Below the pieces are notes generated by a model. That model was given only the letters and a program-made list of their open reading frames with translations, ran no database searches and was not told the origin of the DNA. Shown piece after piece: positions 25,188-33,485 of a stretch of 64,000 nt of DNA. Numbering within the stretch: position 1 is the stretch's first letter; each line of letters opens with the position of its first letter. This stretch comes from a virus (lineage: Duplodnaviria; Caudoviricetes): IMG/VR virus record IMGVR_UViG_3300028532_000002, positions 17,052 through 81,051 of that record; one strand, given 5' to 3'. The translations under genes were made by a program, and so were the position numbers.

Positions 25188-25688
25188 ATGGCCACCGCCG
25201 TCCGCGCCACCCGCGCCGCCACCAGCCCCGTCGTCGGCCACTACGTCACCGTCACGGTCACCGACACCGACTGGGACACCGGGCAGGCCAGCGGGACCCG
25301 CACCCTCTACCGCGCCTACCTCGCGGACGGCACCCCGGCGGGGTCCCCGATCAGCTGGGGGAACGGACTCGCCCCCGACACGAACGCCTACCCGACCGAG
25401 GCCAAGGCGCGCGCCGGGATCCGCCGCGCCCACCGCCACCTCACCGAGATCCGCGCCGAGCTCGACACCCTCCGCGCCGAGGCCGCCGCCCGCGCCGAGG
25501 CCGTCATCTCCGTCGCCCCGGTGGCCGACGAGTCCGGCCGCGAGGTCGGCACCGTCCGCGAGCGCCGCGACGGCCGCTACCTGGCCGCCCTGCCCGCCGC
25601 CGACGGGAGCGGCTACCTGCCCGTCCAGGTGTGCGACACCCACACCGACGCCGAGGCCGCCGTCCACGCCCACCTGAACGGGAGCTGA
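25188..25688 (+). CDS. Island gene P2-2, hypothetical
   Basis: GGGAG RBS after a hairpin. Confidence 0.7.
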   Translation: MATAVRATRAATSPVVGHYVTVTVTDTDWDTGQASGTRTLYRAYLADGTPAGSPISWGNGLAPDTNAYPTEAKARAGIRRAHRHLTEIRAELDTLRAEAAARAEAVISVAPVADESGREVGTVRERRDGRYLAALPAADGSGYLPVQVCDTHTDAEAAVHAHLNGS

Positions 25689-25690
25689 CC

Positions 25691-26071
25691 ATGAACCCCA
25701 CGACCGCCCGCCGCCTCTCGCGCGGGCTGACCGGCGACGCGCGCGCCATCGCCCGCGCGGCCGAGCGCCTCCTGTCGCTCCGGCCGGACCGCCCCACCTC
25801 TCCGAGCCCGCACGCGCGCATGGCCGCCGCCCTGTACGCCCTACACGCCGCTCGCGCCGCCACCGAGGGCCCCGGGCCCACCTGCGAGCAGTGCCGCAAG
25901 GGCGTCGACCTCGACACCGGCCGGTGCGCCTGCCCCGGCCGGGCGTGGGGCCTGCCCGTGGTCGACGTCGTCCCTGACGCGGTCGGACTCCCCCGGTGGG
26001 AGGGCCGCCCCGAGCGGGCCCCGGCGCGGCTGGTCGCCGCCGGGTTGCGCCACGGCTACCACCTGTCCTGA
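25691..26071 (+). CDS. Island gene P2-3, hypothetical with CxxC...CxC
   Basis: ATG 2 nt after upstream stop; CEQCRKG...RCACPG. Confidence 0.6.
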   Translation: MNPTTARRLSRGLTGDARAIARAAERLLSLRPDRPTSPSPHARMAAALYALHAARAATEGPGPTCEQCRKGVDLDTGRCACPGRAWGLPVVDVVPDAVGLPRWEGRPERAPARLVAAGLRHGYHLS

Positions 26072-26116
26072 ACCCGCGGCCGGCGCCCGCCGACCGCCAT
26101 CTGAGAGGAACTCACC

Positions 26117-26404
26117 ATGCAGCAGCTTCCGATCCGCGTCCGCGCCAGCGTCGTGCAGGACGCCATCGACGCCCACCCGACCCCGGCGGCCGAGTGCGCG
26201 TGGGCCGAGACCCGGTTCGCCGTGGCCTCCAGGCCCTCCAGGAGGGCGGCCACCCGCGCCCCGCACCGGATGGCCCCGGGGTCGTTCAGCACGCCGCAGG
26301 GAATGCGCCACTCGGCGCTGTGCGCGGACTGCCCCTATCGGACGCCGCCGACGGTGACACCGGAGGCCATGGACGCACTGGTCGAGGCGCACGAGGCCGG
26401 ATAG
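26117..26404 (+). CDS. Island gene P2-4, hypothetical
   Basis: GAGGA RBS; LCADCPY. Confidence 0.6.
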   Translation: MQQLPIRVRASVVQDAIDAHPTPAAECAWAETRFAVASRPSRRAATRAPHRMAPGSFSTPQGMRHSALCADCPYRTPPTVTPEAMDALVEAHEAG

Positions 26405-26450
26405 TCGGCCTGATCTGCCTTTGACCTGCGGGGATACCCCCACCGCCAAA

Positions 26451-26506
26451 CTGTCCCCCCATTTATGTTGATACTGTCCCCCCACTGGGTTATAGTGGGG
26501 GGACAA
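26451..26506 (+). promoter_or_regulatory. Promoter/operator cassette P3
   Basis: Extra half-site at 26451; TTGATA(26468)-N17-TATAGT(26491); inverted repeat 26474/26496. Confidence 0.85.
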
Positions 26507-26527
26507 GAACGGATGAGGGAGACGGAC

Positions 26528-26914
26528 ATGGCGAGCACCACCAAGAACACCGAGACCAACACCCCGCGCTGCGCCCGCTGCGCCCGCGTGCTCACCAGCA
26601 CCACTTCCATCGCCCGTGGCATCGGCCCCGGCTGCGCGACCATCCTGCGCCGCGAGGCACGCGCCGAGTACCGCGCCCACCAGATCGAGTCCGCCCGCGA
26701 GCTCATCGCTGACGGCGGCATCGCCCACCTGCGCAGCGCGGTCTACCTCACCGTCTCCACCGACGGCACCCGCGTCCACCGCACCACCACCACCCACTGC
26801 ACCTGCGACGCCGGTATCCGCAACGGCCGCTGCTACCACTCCGCAGCGGTCCGCATCATCACCGCCCTGTCCCTGGCCCGCCCCGCCCGCCCCGCCCACA
26901 CCCTCGCCGCCTGA
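26528..26914 (+). CDS. DUF6011-like + SWIM-type zinc-finger protein
   Basis: CARCARVLT..SIARGIGPGC and HCTCDAGIRNGRCYHSAA. Confidence 0.75.
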   Translation: MASTTKNTETNTPRCARCARVLTSTTSIARGIGPGCATILRREARAEYRAHQIESARELIADGGIAHLRSAVYLTVSTDGTRVHRTTTTHCTCDAGIRNGRCYHSAAVRIITALSLARPARPAHTLAA

Positions 26915-26968
26915 GCCCGCCCCCGGCGGCCCCGCACACGGGGCCGCCACCCCGGATAGGAACCCCCG

Positions 26969-27274
26969 ATGACCGCCACCGCCCGCGAGATCGCCGTCCG
27001 CACCGCCACCGAGTTCGCCCGCATGGCCGAGGCATGGGAGGACGCCACCGACGCCGATGGCGACACCAGCCGCCGCCTGGCGACCCTCCTGCGCACCGGC
27101 ACCGCGTGGCCGACCGGCCCCCGGTCCGTGGCCGCCACCGTCACCGGGACCGACGCCGCCCTGTGGGGCTACACGGCCGGACAGGTCCTCGACGCCGCCG
27201 CCGACCTTGACGAGGTGTTCACCACCGGCCAGATCACCGAGACCGCCCCCGGTTCTTGGCACCTCACCTGGTAA
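26969..27274 (+). CDS. Island gene P3-2, hypothetical
   Basis: AGGA RBS after a hairpin. Confidence 0.65.
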   Translation: MTATAREIAVRTATEFARMAEAWEDATDADGDTSRRLATLLRTGTAWPTGPRSVAATVTGTDAALWGYTAGQVLDAAADLDEVFTTGQITETAPGSWHLTW

Positions 27275-27332
27275 CCGCCCGGGGGGGTCGCGCCCGTCCG
27301 CGACCTTCGCCCCCTCCCCGAAGGAGAGTTCG

Positions 27333-27716
27333 ATGCACCCCGCCAACACCACCGTGATCATCGTCCGCGCCACCAGAAACAAGCCGTTCGAGGTCGTGCG
27401 GCGCAACGGCCGGTTCCGTGTCCGCGACTCGCGCACCGGTCGGATGATGACCGGCCAGCTCCCCAAGGCAGACGCCGTACAGATGGCCAACTATCACAAC
27501 CGGCGCACGCCGGGCCCGTGTGTGGCCGCTGCCGGGGGTCATTCCGTGAGGCGGTCGCCGTCGGGGCGGTACTGGGAGGTTCTCGACCCTGACGACATTC
27601 CGATCAAGGAACTGGCCTCCCCGACCCGTAGGGAGGCACTGGCCAGGGTCGACGCGATGCTTGCCACGCGAGCCCTGACAGCTATTGAAACCACCGAGGA
27701 GATCCACCATGTCTGA
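27333..27716 (+). CDS. Island gene P3-3, basic hypothetical
   Basis: AAGGAG RBS. Confidence 0.6.
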   Translation: MHPANTTVIIVRATRNKPFEVVRRNGRFRVRDSRTGRMMTGQLPKADAVQMANYHNRRTPGPCVAAAGGHSVRRSPSGRYWEVLDPDDIPIKELASPTRREALARVDAMLATRALTAIETTEEIHHV

Positions 27717-28245
27717 CCGCACCGACCACGTTCTGAGCGCCATCGACCACGCCGTTTCCGACTGGGAGGTGGGCCCCGACGCCATGCGGTCGATGCCCGA
27801 CCTGCCGCCTGCCCCCGAGGTGGACGCGCACGCGCTGGCCACCGACGCGGCCGTGCGGGCACTGAGCGACGCCCTGGACCGGTCGGGCACCACCCGGGCC
27901 GGGCTGATCGAGGCCGGCCACCTCGTGGAGGCCCCGGCTGGCATGGCGGCAGAGGCCGGGTGGACGGTGCCCGTCGCCGTCACCCGGGCGCTGTGGCTGG
28001 ACATGGTCGAGTGGCCCGACTCCGAGGCGTGTCCGCAGGACGAGTCCGGGCGGTGGTGGGATGTGCTGTGGATGAGCGCGTTCGCGGCCCGCCGGAACCG
28101 GGCCCGAGGCGGGATGGTGCGCGCGGGACTGTTCCGGGTGCCGCGCGGCGGGATGGTGGCCGAGAAGGTGACGGTGGAGGTGTCGATCGGGCCGGGCGAC
28201 GACGGGGGTCCGGCGGTGACGCTGTCGCTTCCGCAGGAGGGGTGA
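27709..28245 (+). CDS. DUF6573-like protein
   Basis: QDESGRWWDVLWM...IGPGDDGGPAVTL recalled as DUF6573; GAGGAG RBS. Confidence 0.7.
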   Translation: MSDRTDHVLSAIDHAVSDWEVGPDAMRSMPDLPPAPEVDAHALATDAAVRALSDALDRSGTTRAGLIEAGHLVEAPAGMAAEAGWTVPVAVTRALWLDMVEWPDSEACPQDESGRWWDVLWMSAFAARRNRARGGMVRAGLFRVPRGGMVAEKVTVEVSIGPGDDGGPAVTLSLPQEG

Positions 28246-28259
28246 CCTGCCATCCAAAT

Positions 28260-28315
28260 CTGTCCCCCCACATGACTTGAAACTGTCCCCCCATCTATAT
28301 ATAGTGGGGGGACAA
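28260..28315 (+). promoter_or_regulatory. Promoter/operator cassette P4
   Basis: Extra half-site at 28260; TTGAAA(28277)-N17-TATAGT(28300); inverted repeat 28283/28305. Confidence 0.85.
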
Positions 28316-28345
28316 GAACGGATGAGGGGAAAGGAGGCGGCGCAC

Positions 28346-28531
28346 ATGCACCGCGAGGACTACCTCTACCTGGCCCCCGAGGCCGACGACGCCGAGGGCG
28401 AGTGCGTGTACGAGACCGGCGGCGACGACACCTGCGACGCCCCCGCGACCGACCTGTTCTGCGACGTCCACGACGACGCGATCAGCCCCGAGGACCGCGC
28501 CCTCTACGAGCGCCACCACCTCGCCGCATGA
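28346..28531 (+). CDS. 61-aa very acidic Cys/His protein
   Basis: AAGGAGG RBS; 18 D/E versus 3 R; C-x9-C-x8-C-x2-H. Confidence 0.7.
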   Translation: MHREDYLYLAPEADDAEGECVYETGGDDTCDAPATDLFCDVHDDAISPEDRALYERHHLAA

Positions 28532-28614
28532 GAGCGGCCCGGCCGGGGCTCCACCCCCGGCCGGGCCTACGGACCCCCGACAGCGACCAGCGACCAGCCA
28601 CCAGGAGAACCACG

Positions 28615-29106
28615 ATGAACGCTACCGCTACCGCCGCCGCCCTCGCGGCCCTGCTCGACTCCCTCGCCGCCGACACCCCGGCGCACCTGTCCACGCTGAT
28701 CGAGGACACCGACAGCTACGGCACCGGAGACGACGACGGCGACACCGCCGTAGGCAACTACCTCGCCCTGCGCCTGCTCATAGGGGGCGTCCCCGCGCAG
28801 GTGCTGGTGCAGTACCACACCGTGACGGCCGTGGACCTGCACACCCGAGCGGTCCTCGCCCGGGGCGAGATGACCGGGGGGCTCGCGGAGCTGCGCGACC
28901 TGATCGAGGAGGAGGACACCGAGTTCGCCCACCTGCACCAGGCGGGAGCGGTGGAGGCCTCCCGTGGTGGTGCGGCCGACCGCGCCGAGGAGGCCGCGAC
29001 CGGCCCGATCTGGGAGCGCGCGGACACCGACGACGCCGACTTCTTCGACCTGATCACCGGCATGTGGGACGGGGTGAACGCCCCGGCACTGACCGCCGTC
29101 GCCTGA
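28615..29106 (+). CDS. Acidic hypothetical protein
   Basis: AGGAG RBS; about 29 D/E, about 7 R, no K. Confidence 0.7.
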   Translation: MNATATAAALAALLDSLAADTPAHLSTLIEDTDSYGTGDDDGDTAVGNYLALRLLIGGVPAQVLVQYHTVTAVDLHTRAVLARGEMTGGLAELRDLIEEEDTEFAHLHQAGAVEASRGGAADRAEEAATGPIWERADTDDADFFDLITGMWDGVNAPALTAVA

Positions 29107-29176
29107 CCCGACCAGGGCCGCCCCGCCCGTCCTGCGGGGCGGCCCCTCCCCTCCCACGCCCACACGAGGAGACGCC

Positions 29177-29443
29177 GTGACCACCCACAAGAACTACTCC
29201 CTCAAAGGTTTCACGCCCCAGATCGAGTGCAGCACCGACCCCATCGGCGTCAACAGCTCGGACGACCTCAACCGAGTGGACTGCGTCGAGTGCCTGCGCG
29301 CCGTTGCCAAGAGCACCACCGCCAAGGTCGCCGAGCTGGACAAGAAGTACGCCCGGGCCCGCTACGACCGCAACCGCTACTGGGAGCAGCGCAACACCGC
29401 CCGCGAGCGCGCGAACAAGCTCGCCGCCGAGTCCGCCGAGTAG
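29177..29443 (+). CDS. Island gene P4-3, CxxC plus coiled coil
   Basis: GAGGAG RBS. Confidence 0.7.
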   Translation: MTTHKNYSLKGFTPQIECSTDPIGVNSSDDLNRVDCVECLRAVAKSTTAKVAELDKKYARARYDRNRYWEQRNTARERANKLAAESAE

Positions 29444-29504
29444 CCACCCGGCCGGCCGCCCCCGACCGCCACCGGGGGCGGCCCCCACACCCGAAGGAGA
29501 CACC

Positions 29505-29684
29505 GTGGTCACCTATCAGGACCTGCCCCCTGCCGACCGCGCCATCCTCGCGCTCGCCAGCCACGAGGTCACCTCGGCGCTGATCGACGGCGACAAGGCA
29601 CGCGCGGCCAGCTGCGAAGACTTCTTTCGGTGGGCGTGCGGAACCTACGGGATCGACCCCGACGAGACCTTGACGCACCTGTGA
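29505..29684 (+). CDS. Island gene P4-4, small hypothetical
   Basis: AAGGAG RBS before GTG 29505. Confidence 0.6.
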   Translation: MVTYQDLPPADRAILALASHEVTSALIDGDKARAASCEDFFRWACGTYGIDPDETLTHL

Positions 29685-29745
29685 CTGAACCGCCCGCCCC
29701 GGGCCCGCCCCGGGGCGGGCCCCACAACCCGAACGGGGAGACCCC

Positions 29746-30261
29746 ATGACCAGCATCGACCACCACCTGACCGAGGCCGAGAAGCTGACCGCCCGCGGCT
29801 TCGAGGAGAACGACGGGACGTGGGCGCTGGTGTACCAGCAGGCTGCACAGACGCACGCCACCATCGCCCTGACCATGGCCACGGCCGCCAAGACGAACCA
29901 GGAGCTGGCTGCCGAACTGGAGACGGTCCGCGCCGAACTGGAGGCCGAGCGACGCAAAAACCGGGACGCCGCCCTGTCGATGCGCAACCGCGCCGCGGCC
30001 ACCGCCGTCACCGCCGTGTGGCAGATGCCCGCCCACGGGTGGGCGGAGCTGAACAAGGCCATGCGCTCGGTGTACGCCCTGCCGCTGGACACCGACCGCA
30101 CGCCCGGCGCCCCCACCATCCACGACGACGCCGTGCACGGGCGAAGCAAGCTCGCCGCCACCCACGGGGCGACCACGTGTGGCCTGCCCGCTGGCGACGT
30201 GGGGCGCACGAGCGACAACCCTGACGGCGTCACGTGCCCGTGGTGCCGCGACCTGCTGTAG
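29746..30261 (+). CDS. Island gene P4-5, coiled coil plus zinc motif
   Basis: GGGGAG RBS; H...TTCG...VTCPWC. Confidence 0.7.
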   Translation: MTSIDHHLTEAEKLTARGFEENDGTWALVYQQAAQTHATIALTMATAAKTNQELAAELETVRAELEAERRKNRDAALSMRNRAAATAVTAVWQMPAHGWAELNKAMRSVYALPLDTDRTPGAPTIHDDAVHGRSKLAATHGATTCGLPAGDVGRTSDNPDGVTCPWCRDLL

Positions 30262-30317
30262 CCCAACCCCCCGCCCCGCGCCCGCGGGGCGGGCCCCTCT
30301 TCCTGTTGGAGAACACC

Positions 30318-30770
30318 ATGAACAGCACCTCCACCCTCCGCCTCCTCGCCGACCTCTCCGAGCGCGCCCACAGCGCCCTTCTGGGAGGCCAGATGGAGTG
30401 GTCCGTGACCATCGCCGGGGCGGCCGTCGGCACCCTCTTCGACCGGGACAGCCGCCCCGACTCGCAGCGCGCACGCCTCCAGCAGTGGGGTGCCCTCATG
30501 GGGCAGGACCTGGACATCACCGAGACCCAGGAGGGCGACACCACCCACCTGGAAGCACGCCTTCAGTACGACGACGTGCCGGTAACGCTGCGCGCCGTGT
30601 GCCCGCCCTACCGGCCCCGCCTGTGCGGGCACGTCTCGGATGAGGGGTTGTCCTGCCAGATGCGCCCCGGCCACACCAGCTGGGTGACGAGCTACGCGAT
30701 GCACCTGCACCGCGCCGAGGACGGCACCACCACGCGCTGGGAGTACAACAGCGCCGACCTGAACCGATAG
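30318..30770 (+). CDS. Island gene P4-6, hypothetical with Cys/His motif
   Basis: GGAG RBS; LCGH...SCQMRPGH...H. Confidence 0.65.
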   Translation: MNSTSTLRLLADLSERAHSALLGGQMEWSVTIAGAAVGTLFDRDSRPDSQRARLQQWGALMGQDLDITETQEGDTTHLEARLQYDDVPVTLRAVCPPYRPRLCGHVSDEGLSCQMRPGHTSWVTSYAMHLHRAEDGTTTRWEYNSADLNR

Positions 30771-30788
30771 GACTGACCCCGCACACGA

Positions 30789-30834
30789 CGAAGCCCCGAA
30801 CTCTTTCCTGTTGGGAAAGAGCTCGGGGCGTTCG
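30789..30834. terminator. Terminator closing the island
   Basis: CGAAGCCCCGAACTCTTTCC / GGAAAGAGCTCGGGGCGTTCG long stem between convergent genes. Confidence 0.75.
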
Positions 30835-30840
30835 CGCGCG

Positions 30841-31437
30841 CTACGCGACGGGGACGACGGCGACCTCCGGGGCGCCCTCCGCGGCCAGGCCAAGCGCGGC
30901 CAGCTCGGTGCCCTCCGGCAGGTCGAACACCATCGTGTACTCGCTGGTGTTGCCGGGGTTGGTCTCCTCGGAGAACGAGCAAACCTCCGCGTGGGGAGCG
31001 AACTCCGTGCCGTCCGCGGCGTAGGCGTGCACGCCCGACCAGGAGTCGGCAGGCGGGTAGGCCGGCGCGGTGCTGGTGTTCTCCGCGCTGATGGTGACCA
31101 CGTAGAACTCGCCACTGGCGGTGTACTGGCTGCCGCAGTCGTCGTCGTTGTAGGTGGCCGCGGTGCCGATGTCGGTGACCGCGTAGTCGAACACGCCGTC
31201 GGTCGGCTCACCCGACGGCGGTGCGGTCGGGGCGGGCGGCGCCTCTTCCTCGTACTCCTCCATCGCCTCCATGTCCTCGGGGACGCTGGCGTCTTCGATG
31301 TCGGCGCCGATGTCCTCGAACGCGCTGTTCAGGGAGGCGCGGATATAGGCCTGGTTGGAGATCCATCCGAGGCCGAAGCCGATCACGACCGCGACGGCGG
31401 CGCTGGCCATGGTGACGATCCACCCGGTTCTGGTCAC
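30841..31437 (-). CDS. Membrane-anchored acidic protein, DUF4352-like Ig fold
   Basis: N-terminal TM; YVVTISAENTS, ETNPGNTSEYTMVFDLPEG. Confidence 0.7.
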   Translation of the reverse strand: MTRTGWIVTMASAAVAVVIGFGLGWISNQAYIRASLNSAFEDIGADIEDASVPEDMEAMEEYEEEAPPAPTAPPSGEPTDGVFDYAVTDIGTAATYNDDDCGSQYTASGEFYVVTISAENTSTAPAYPPADSWSGVHAYAADGTEFAPHAEVCSFSEETNPGNTSEYTMVFDLPEGTELAALGLAAEGAPEVAVVPVA

Positions 31438-31570
31438 TGGGGGTTCTCCTTACTGGGGGCCGGGCAAGGAGCGGGGGCTGGCGGCCGGCGGTGGTGGGCA
31501 ATTCGCCGCACAGTATCCCGCTCCAGAGACATCGGGGGGTGGTTTCGGTGGATCGTCCTACACTCGTGGC

Positions 31571-31810
31571 ATGAGCGATCGGGAGCTGTACAAGGTCGGG
31601 TTCCACTTCGGCGACGAGGACTTCCAGTCGGTGACCCTGGCGACCAGCCCGGACGACGACGAGTCGCTGGAGAAGTACCTGGGCAAGAAGCTGAACGGCG
31701 CCAGCGCCGCACGCTTCGCGGCGTTCGGCGACGGCGCGGACGGGTTCACCTTGATCAACACGGACCGGTTGACCAAGGTGTCCGTCCGCAAGATCACCGA
31801 AAGCGCTTGA
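31571..31810 (+). CDS. 79-aa hypothetical protein convergent with tail genes
   Basis: ATG 31571; overlaps end of the last tail gene. Confidence 0.55.
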   Translation: MSDRELYKVGFHFGDEDFQSVTLATSPDDDESLEKYLGKKLNGASAARFAAFGDGADGFTLINTDRLTKVSVRKITESA

Positions 31811-32528
31811 CCCACAGGTTCGACCTGGCGTTGACCACGGTCGCAGTGGTCGAGGCGGCGTTCTGCGCCCACCTCAGCTGGAGGCGCCCCGGCGACGCCC
31901 CGGTCCTGAGAAGCCCGTGCTCGATGATGCTGTTCGCCGAGCTGCTGCACCCGTAGGAGCGCTCGGTGGACCACACCGCCGCGCCGGTCTGCATCGTCAC
32001 CCCCGCCCCCGGATCCTGGGACACGTAGGGGCCCTGAAGCCACCGGCCCCCGGAGTCGGACCCGGCCGGGATCGACCAGGCGACCTTGATGTCCGAGGCG
32101 GTGGACCCGGTGGCGTTCATCGCGAGGATCACCCGGTAGGTCGCATTCGCGGCCACGTCCAGGTACAGCTCCGTGTCATCCACCAGGCTGGTGGAGTTGG
32201 TGACGGACTGCTCGGTGTCCTTGATGACCAGCCACTCCGTGGGCTCCGGCGCCGACATCGGCCCGGCGACCACGTAGGTGTCCCGGCCGGCCGGGATGAG
32301 CAGCACCCGCACACCGGGGGTTGGCCGGTACCCGTACAGGGTCGGGTACCGGCGCCGCCCCGCGCCGTCCTCGCCGTCGAACTGCACCCGTGGGGCCGCG
32401 CCGTGGGGGCCGTCCGGGTCGTGATCGTAGGCCACCCGGGCCAACCGGGTGGGCTTGTCGGCGTTGCTGTGAGGTCGGGTGGCGTGCGTGTACCCGGCGA
32501 TGTTGGCCAGGGCCTGCTCCACACTCAC
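31794..32528 (-). CDS. Minor tail protein
   Basis: GTG start in 4-nt overlap; N-terminal RYPTLYGYRPTPGVRVLL region, C-terminal beta domain GRLQLRWAQ. Confidence 0.75.
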   Translation of the reverse strand: MSVEQALANIAGYTHATRPHSNADKPTRLARVAYDHDPDGPHGAAPRVQFDGEDGAGRRRYPTLYGYRPTPGVRVLLIPAGRDTYVVAGPMSAPEPTEWLVIKDTEQSVTNSTSLVDDTELYLDVAANATYRVILAMNATGSTASDIKVAWSIPAGSDSGGRWLQGPYVSQDPGAGVTMQTGAAVWSTERSYGCSSSANSIIEHGLLRTGASPGRLQLRWAQNAASTTATVVNARSNLWVKRFR

Positions 32529-32884
32529 GAGAGCACCACCCCGGGGTCTTCTTCTTCGATGTCCTCGACCGGGGGCTCCTCCTCGCCGTCGCCGGGCTGG
32601 GGCAGGTTCGGGGCGGGCGCCGTGTTGACGATCTCGTAGACGCCGTCGGTGAACTCGGCCTCGATGCGGGTGGGGTACCCGCAGGCACCGCAGCCCGCGG
32701 CGACGCCGCCGACGTTGGTGTGCAGGGCCCCCTCGCGGCCGACGCCCTGCGCCGTACACCCGGGGGTGTGACAGGTGACGGTGCCGACCACCTGGTGCCA
32801 GTCCTTGACCTCGTCGGGCCATATGCCCTGGAGGAGCTGGGTCACGAACGCGGCGGCGGCCGTCAGGTACTCGTCGTGGGTCAT
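32525..32884 (-). CDS. Tail-associated protein with Cys motifs
   Basis: TCHTPGC...GCGACG; tail-fibre-assembly-like position. Confidence 0.6.
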   Translation of the reverse strand: MTHDEYLTAAAAFVTQLLQGIWPDEVKDWHQVVGTVTCHTPGCTAQGVGREGALHTNVGGVAAGCGACGYPTRIEAEFTDGVYEIVNTAPAPNLPQPGDGEEEPPVEDIEEEDPGVVLS

Positions 32885-32895
32885 GGGGTTCACGG

Positions 32896-33192
32896 TCACT
32901 GGTCTCTCCACATCAGTACGGAAATGTTGGTCTCGGTGGCGTTGGTGCGGCGGATCCACACCAGGCACCCGGACGGGGTCACCGAGGACACCGACACCTC
33001 CACCACCCGCAGTCCGGGCACGGAGGAGTGGGCGGTGGCCAGGGCCTGGACGGGGCCGGTGCCGCGCAGCGCCAGGCCGGTGATCTCCACGGACGTGGGG
33101 ACGTTGGGCTGGGGGGTGACGGTGACCATCAGGCTGGCCATGTTCCCGGCGGACACGGACCCGGTGACCTGCACGTCGTCGTTGTAGATCAC
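32896..33192 (-). CDS. Tail-tip beta-domain protein, paralog 3
   Basis: Shares AGN, PNxPT, GxG, VPG, WxxRTNxT with two neighbours. Confidence 0.75.
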   Translation of the reverse strand: MIYNDDVQVTGSVSAGNMASLMVTVTPQPNVPTSVEITGLALRGTGPVQALATAHSSVPGLRVVEVSVSSVTPSGCLVWIRRTNATETNISVLMWRDQ

Positions 33193-33485
33193 GCGAGGTC
33201 CCGGATGCTGATCCACCGCACGATGGTCGCGGTGGTGTTGGTGCGGTACACCCAGATCGTGAATCCGAACGGGGTGATGTCGGTGACGCCCAGGCCGAGC
33301 ACGGTGCCGGGGACCAAGGTGTTCGCGGTGACCCACGCACGGGTCGCGCCGGCCCCGGCGAGGTTGTGCCCGGACACCACGTAGGACGTGGGCGAGTTCG
33401 CGAGGGGGGCAATGCTGACCTCCCCCGTGACGATGTTGCCCGCCCGCAGCGCCCCCGAGATACGCAGGTCGTGGGTGAGGATCAT
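33189..33485 (-). CDS. Tail-tip beta-domain protein, paralog 2
   Basis: Same motif set as the 33486 C-terminus. Confidence 0.78.
   Translation of the reverse strand: MILTHDLRISGALRAGNIVTGEVSIAPLANSPTSYVVSGHNLAGAGATRAWVTANTLVPGTVLGLGVTDITPFGFTIWVYRTNTTATIVRWISIRDLA

Noticed and set aside
23099-28315. Four conserved repeats as a CRISPR array
   Set aside because: Spacers are 1.6-1.8 kb of coding DNA, the repeats contain -35/-10 boxes, and there are no cas genes
23510-30320. Intergenic hairpins as integron attC sites
   Set aside because: No integron integrase, no RYYYAAC/GTTRRRY boxes, and stems are too short
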